Of a stretch of DNA of 64,000 nucleotides, positions 63,401 to 64,000 are shown piece after piece. A model generated the notes under the pieces. That model searched no databases, was not told the DNA's origin, and worked only from the letters and a program-made list of their open reading frames with translations. The stretch lies in assembly GCA_013265495.1 (NCBI GenBank), contig MU058718.1, positions 248,001-312,000 of the forward strand, written 5' to 3'. The stretch's first letter is position 1. Each line of letters starts with the position of its first letter. Origin of the DNA: Vicugna vicugna (taxonomy: Eukaryota). A program made the position numbers and the translations under genes.

Positions 63401-64000
63401 CCTCAGACCAAGATAGGGAGAGTCTGCGAAGCTTCATTGTGTGCTGCTTTAGGGAGTTTTGCCTACTTGCTTGCTTTAACCGTGTGCGGGCATTCTCATC
63501 CCTTTTGCATTTACCTTACCTGAATCCGTTCTCAGCGTCAAAGCTTTGCCAAGAATTGCACAGCGACTTCGGTCACTGGGAGGGCCCTGTCAAGTTTTCT
63601 GAGATGCTGGGTGATATGCTTCATATTCTTGGCCTTGTATTCATTCCCGTTCTGAACTGTGATATGGGTACACAGACTGAGGCTACTCTGGCAGACTGGG
63701 AGCCCTAAATTGTTTTGCTGTTGCTTCCCACTGGGTTCTTAGTAAAGATTTGTTGAATGAATGATAGAAATAATGAATCACTTCCTAGAAAGACTATGTT
63801 TTTTCCAAAGATTGGAACGAGTCCTGATGAAGGAGGGAAGAGAAATATAAACGTACGTTTGGAAAAGGCAGGAGTAAAATAAAATAAATCTATGGCTCTA
63901 AGAAAGGTGGTTACAACAGTGATGCTTCCAAGAGAGATGCTATTTGTTCAGTAGGTAATTTGTTCAGTAGGTAATAACTTTGAAATAGAGCTATGGATGT

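Noticed and set aside
62344..63708. Long overlapping ORFs (324 aa, 261 aa, etc.) on both strands
   Set aside because: These are stop-poor GC-rich CpG-island frames with low-complexity Gly/Pro/Arg/Ala and no recognisable domain.
1..64000. CRISPR arrays, prokaryotic operons, rRNA or snoRNA genes
   Set aside because: This is a eukaryotic intron-rich locus. I saw no regularly spaced repeats and no RNA gene I could support.

Overview
Mammalian genomic DNA, most likely a camelid, judged from eight tRNA-derived SINE copies of the Vic-1 type. The window holds two complete, convergent protein-coding genes, in the same arrangement as human 14q22. DLGAP5/HURP is on the + strand: 1 non-coding and 18 coding exons, 2529-nt CDS, 842 aa, with all phases consistent by hand. 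LGALS3/galectin-3 is on the - strand: 1 non-coding and 5 coding exons, 765-nt CDS, 254 aa. The rest is intronic or intergenic DNA rich in L1, L2, MIR, MaLR/ERVL LTRs and Tigger/hAT MITEs. Main observations: (i) LGALS3 exon 3 is open in all three sense frames and keeps ATG-initiated orthologues of both human GALIG products (mitogaligin, cytogaligin); (ii) a young antisense L1 in DLGAP5 intron 13 carries a 3' transduction inside its target-site duplication; (iii) a recent 39-bp duplication lies in the galectin-3 repeat domain; (iv) a hairpin-forming MITE lies between two DLGAP5 poly(A) signals; (v) there are several candidate non-canonical splicing signals. I found no wholly new multi-gene system. 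Repeat family names and human comparisons are from memory, and the boundaries of old repeats are approximate.
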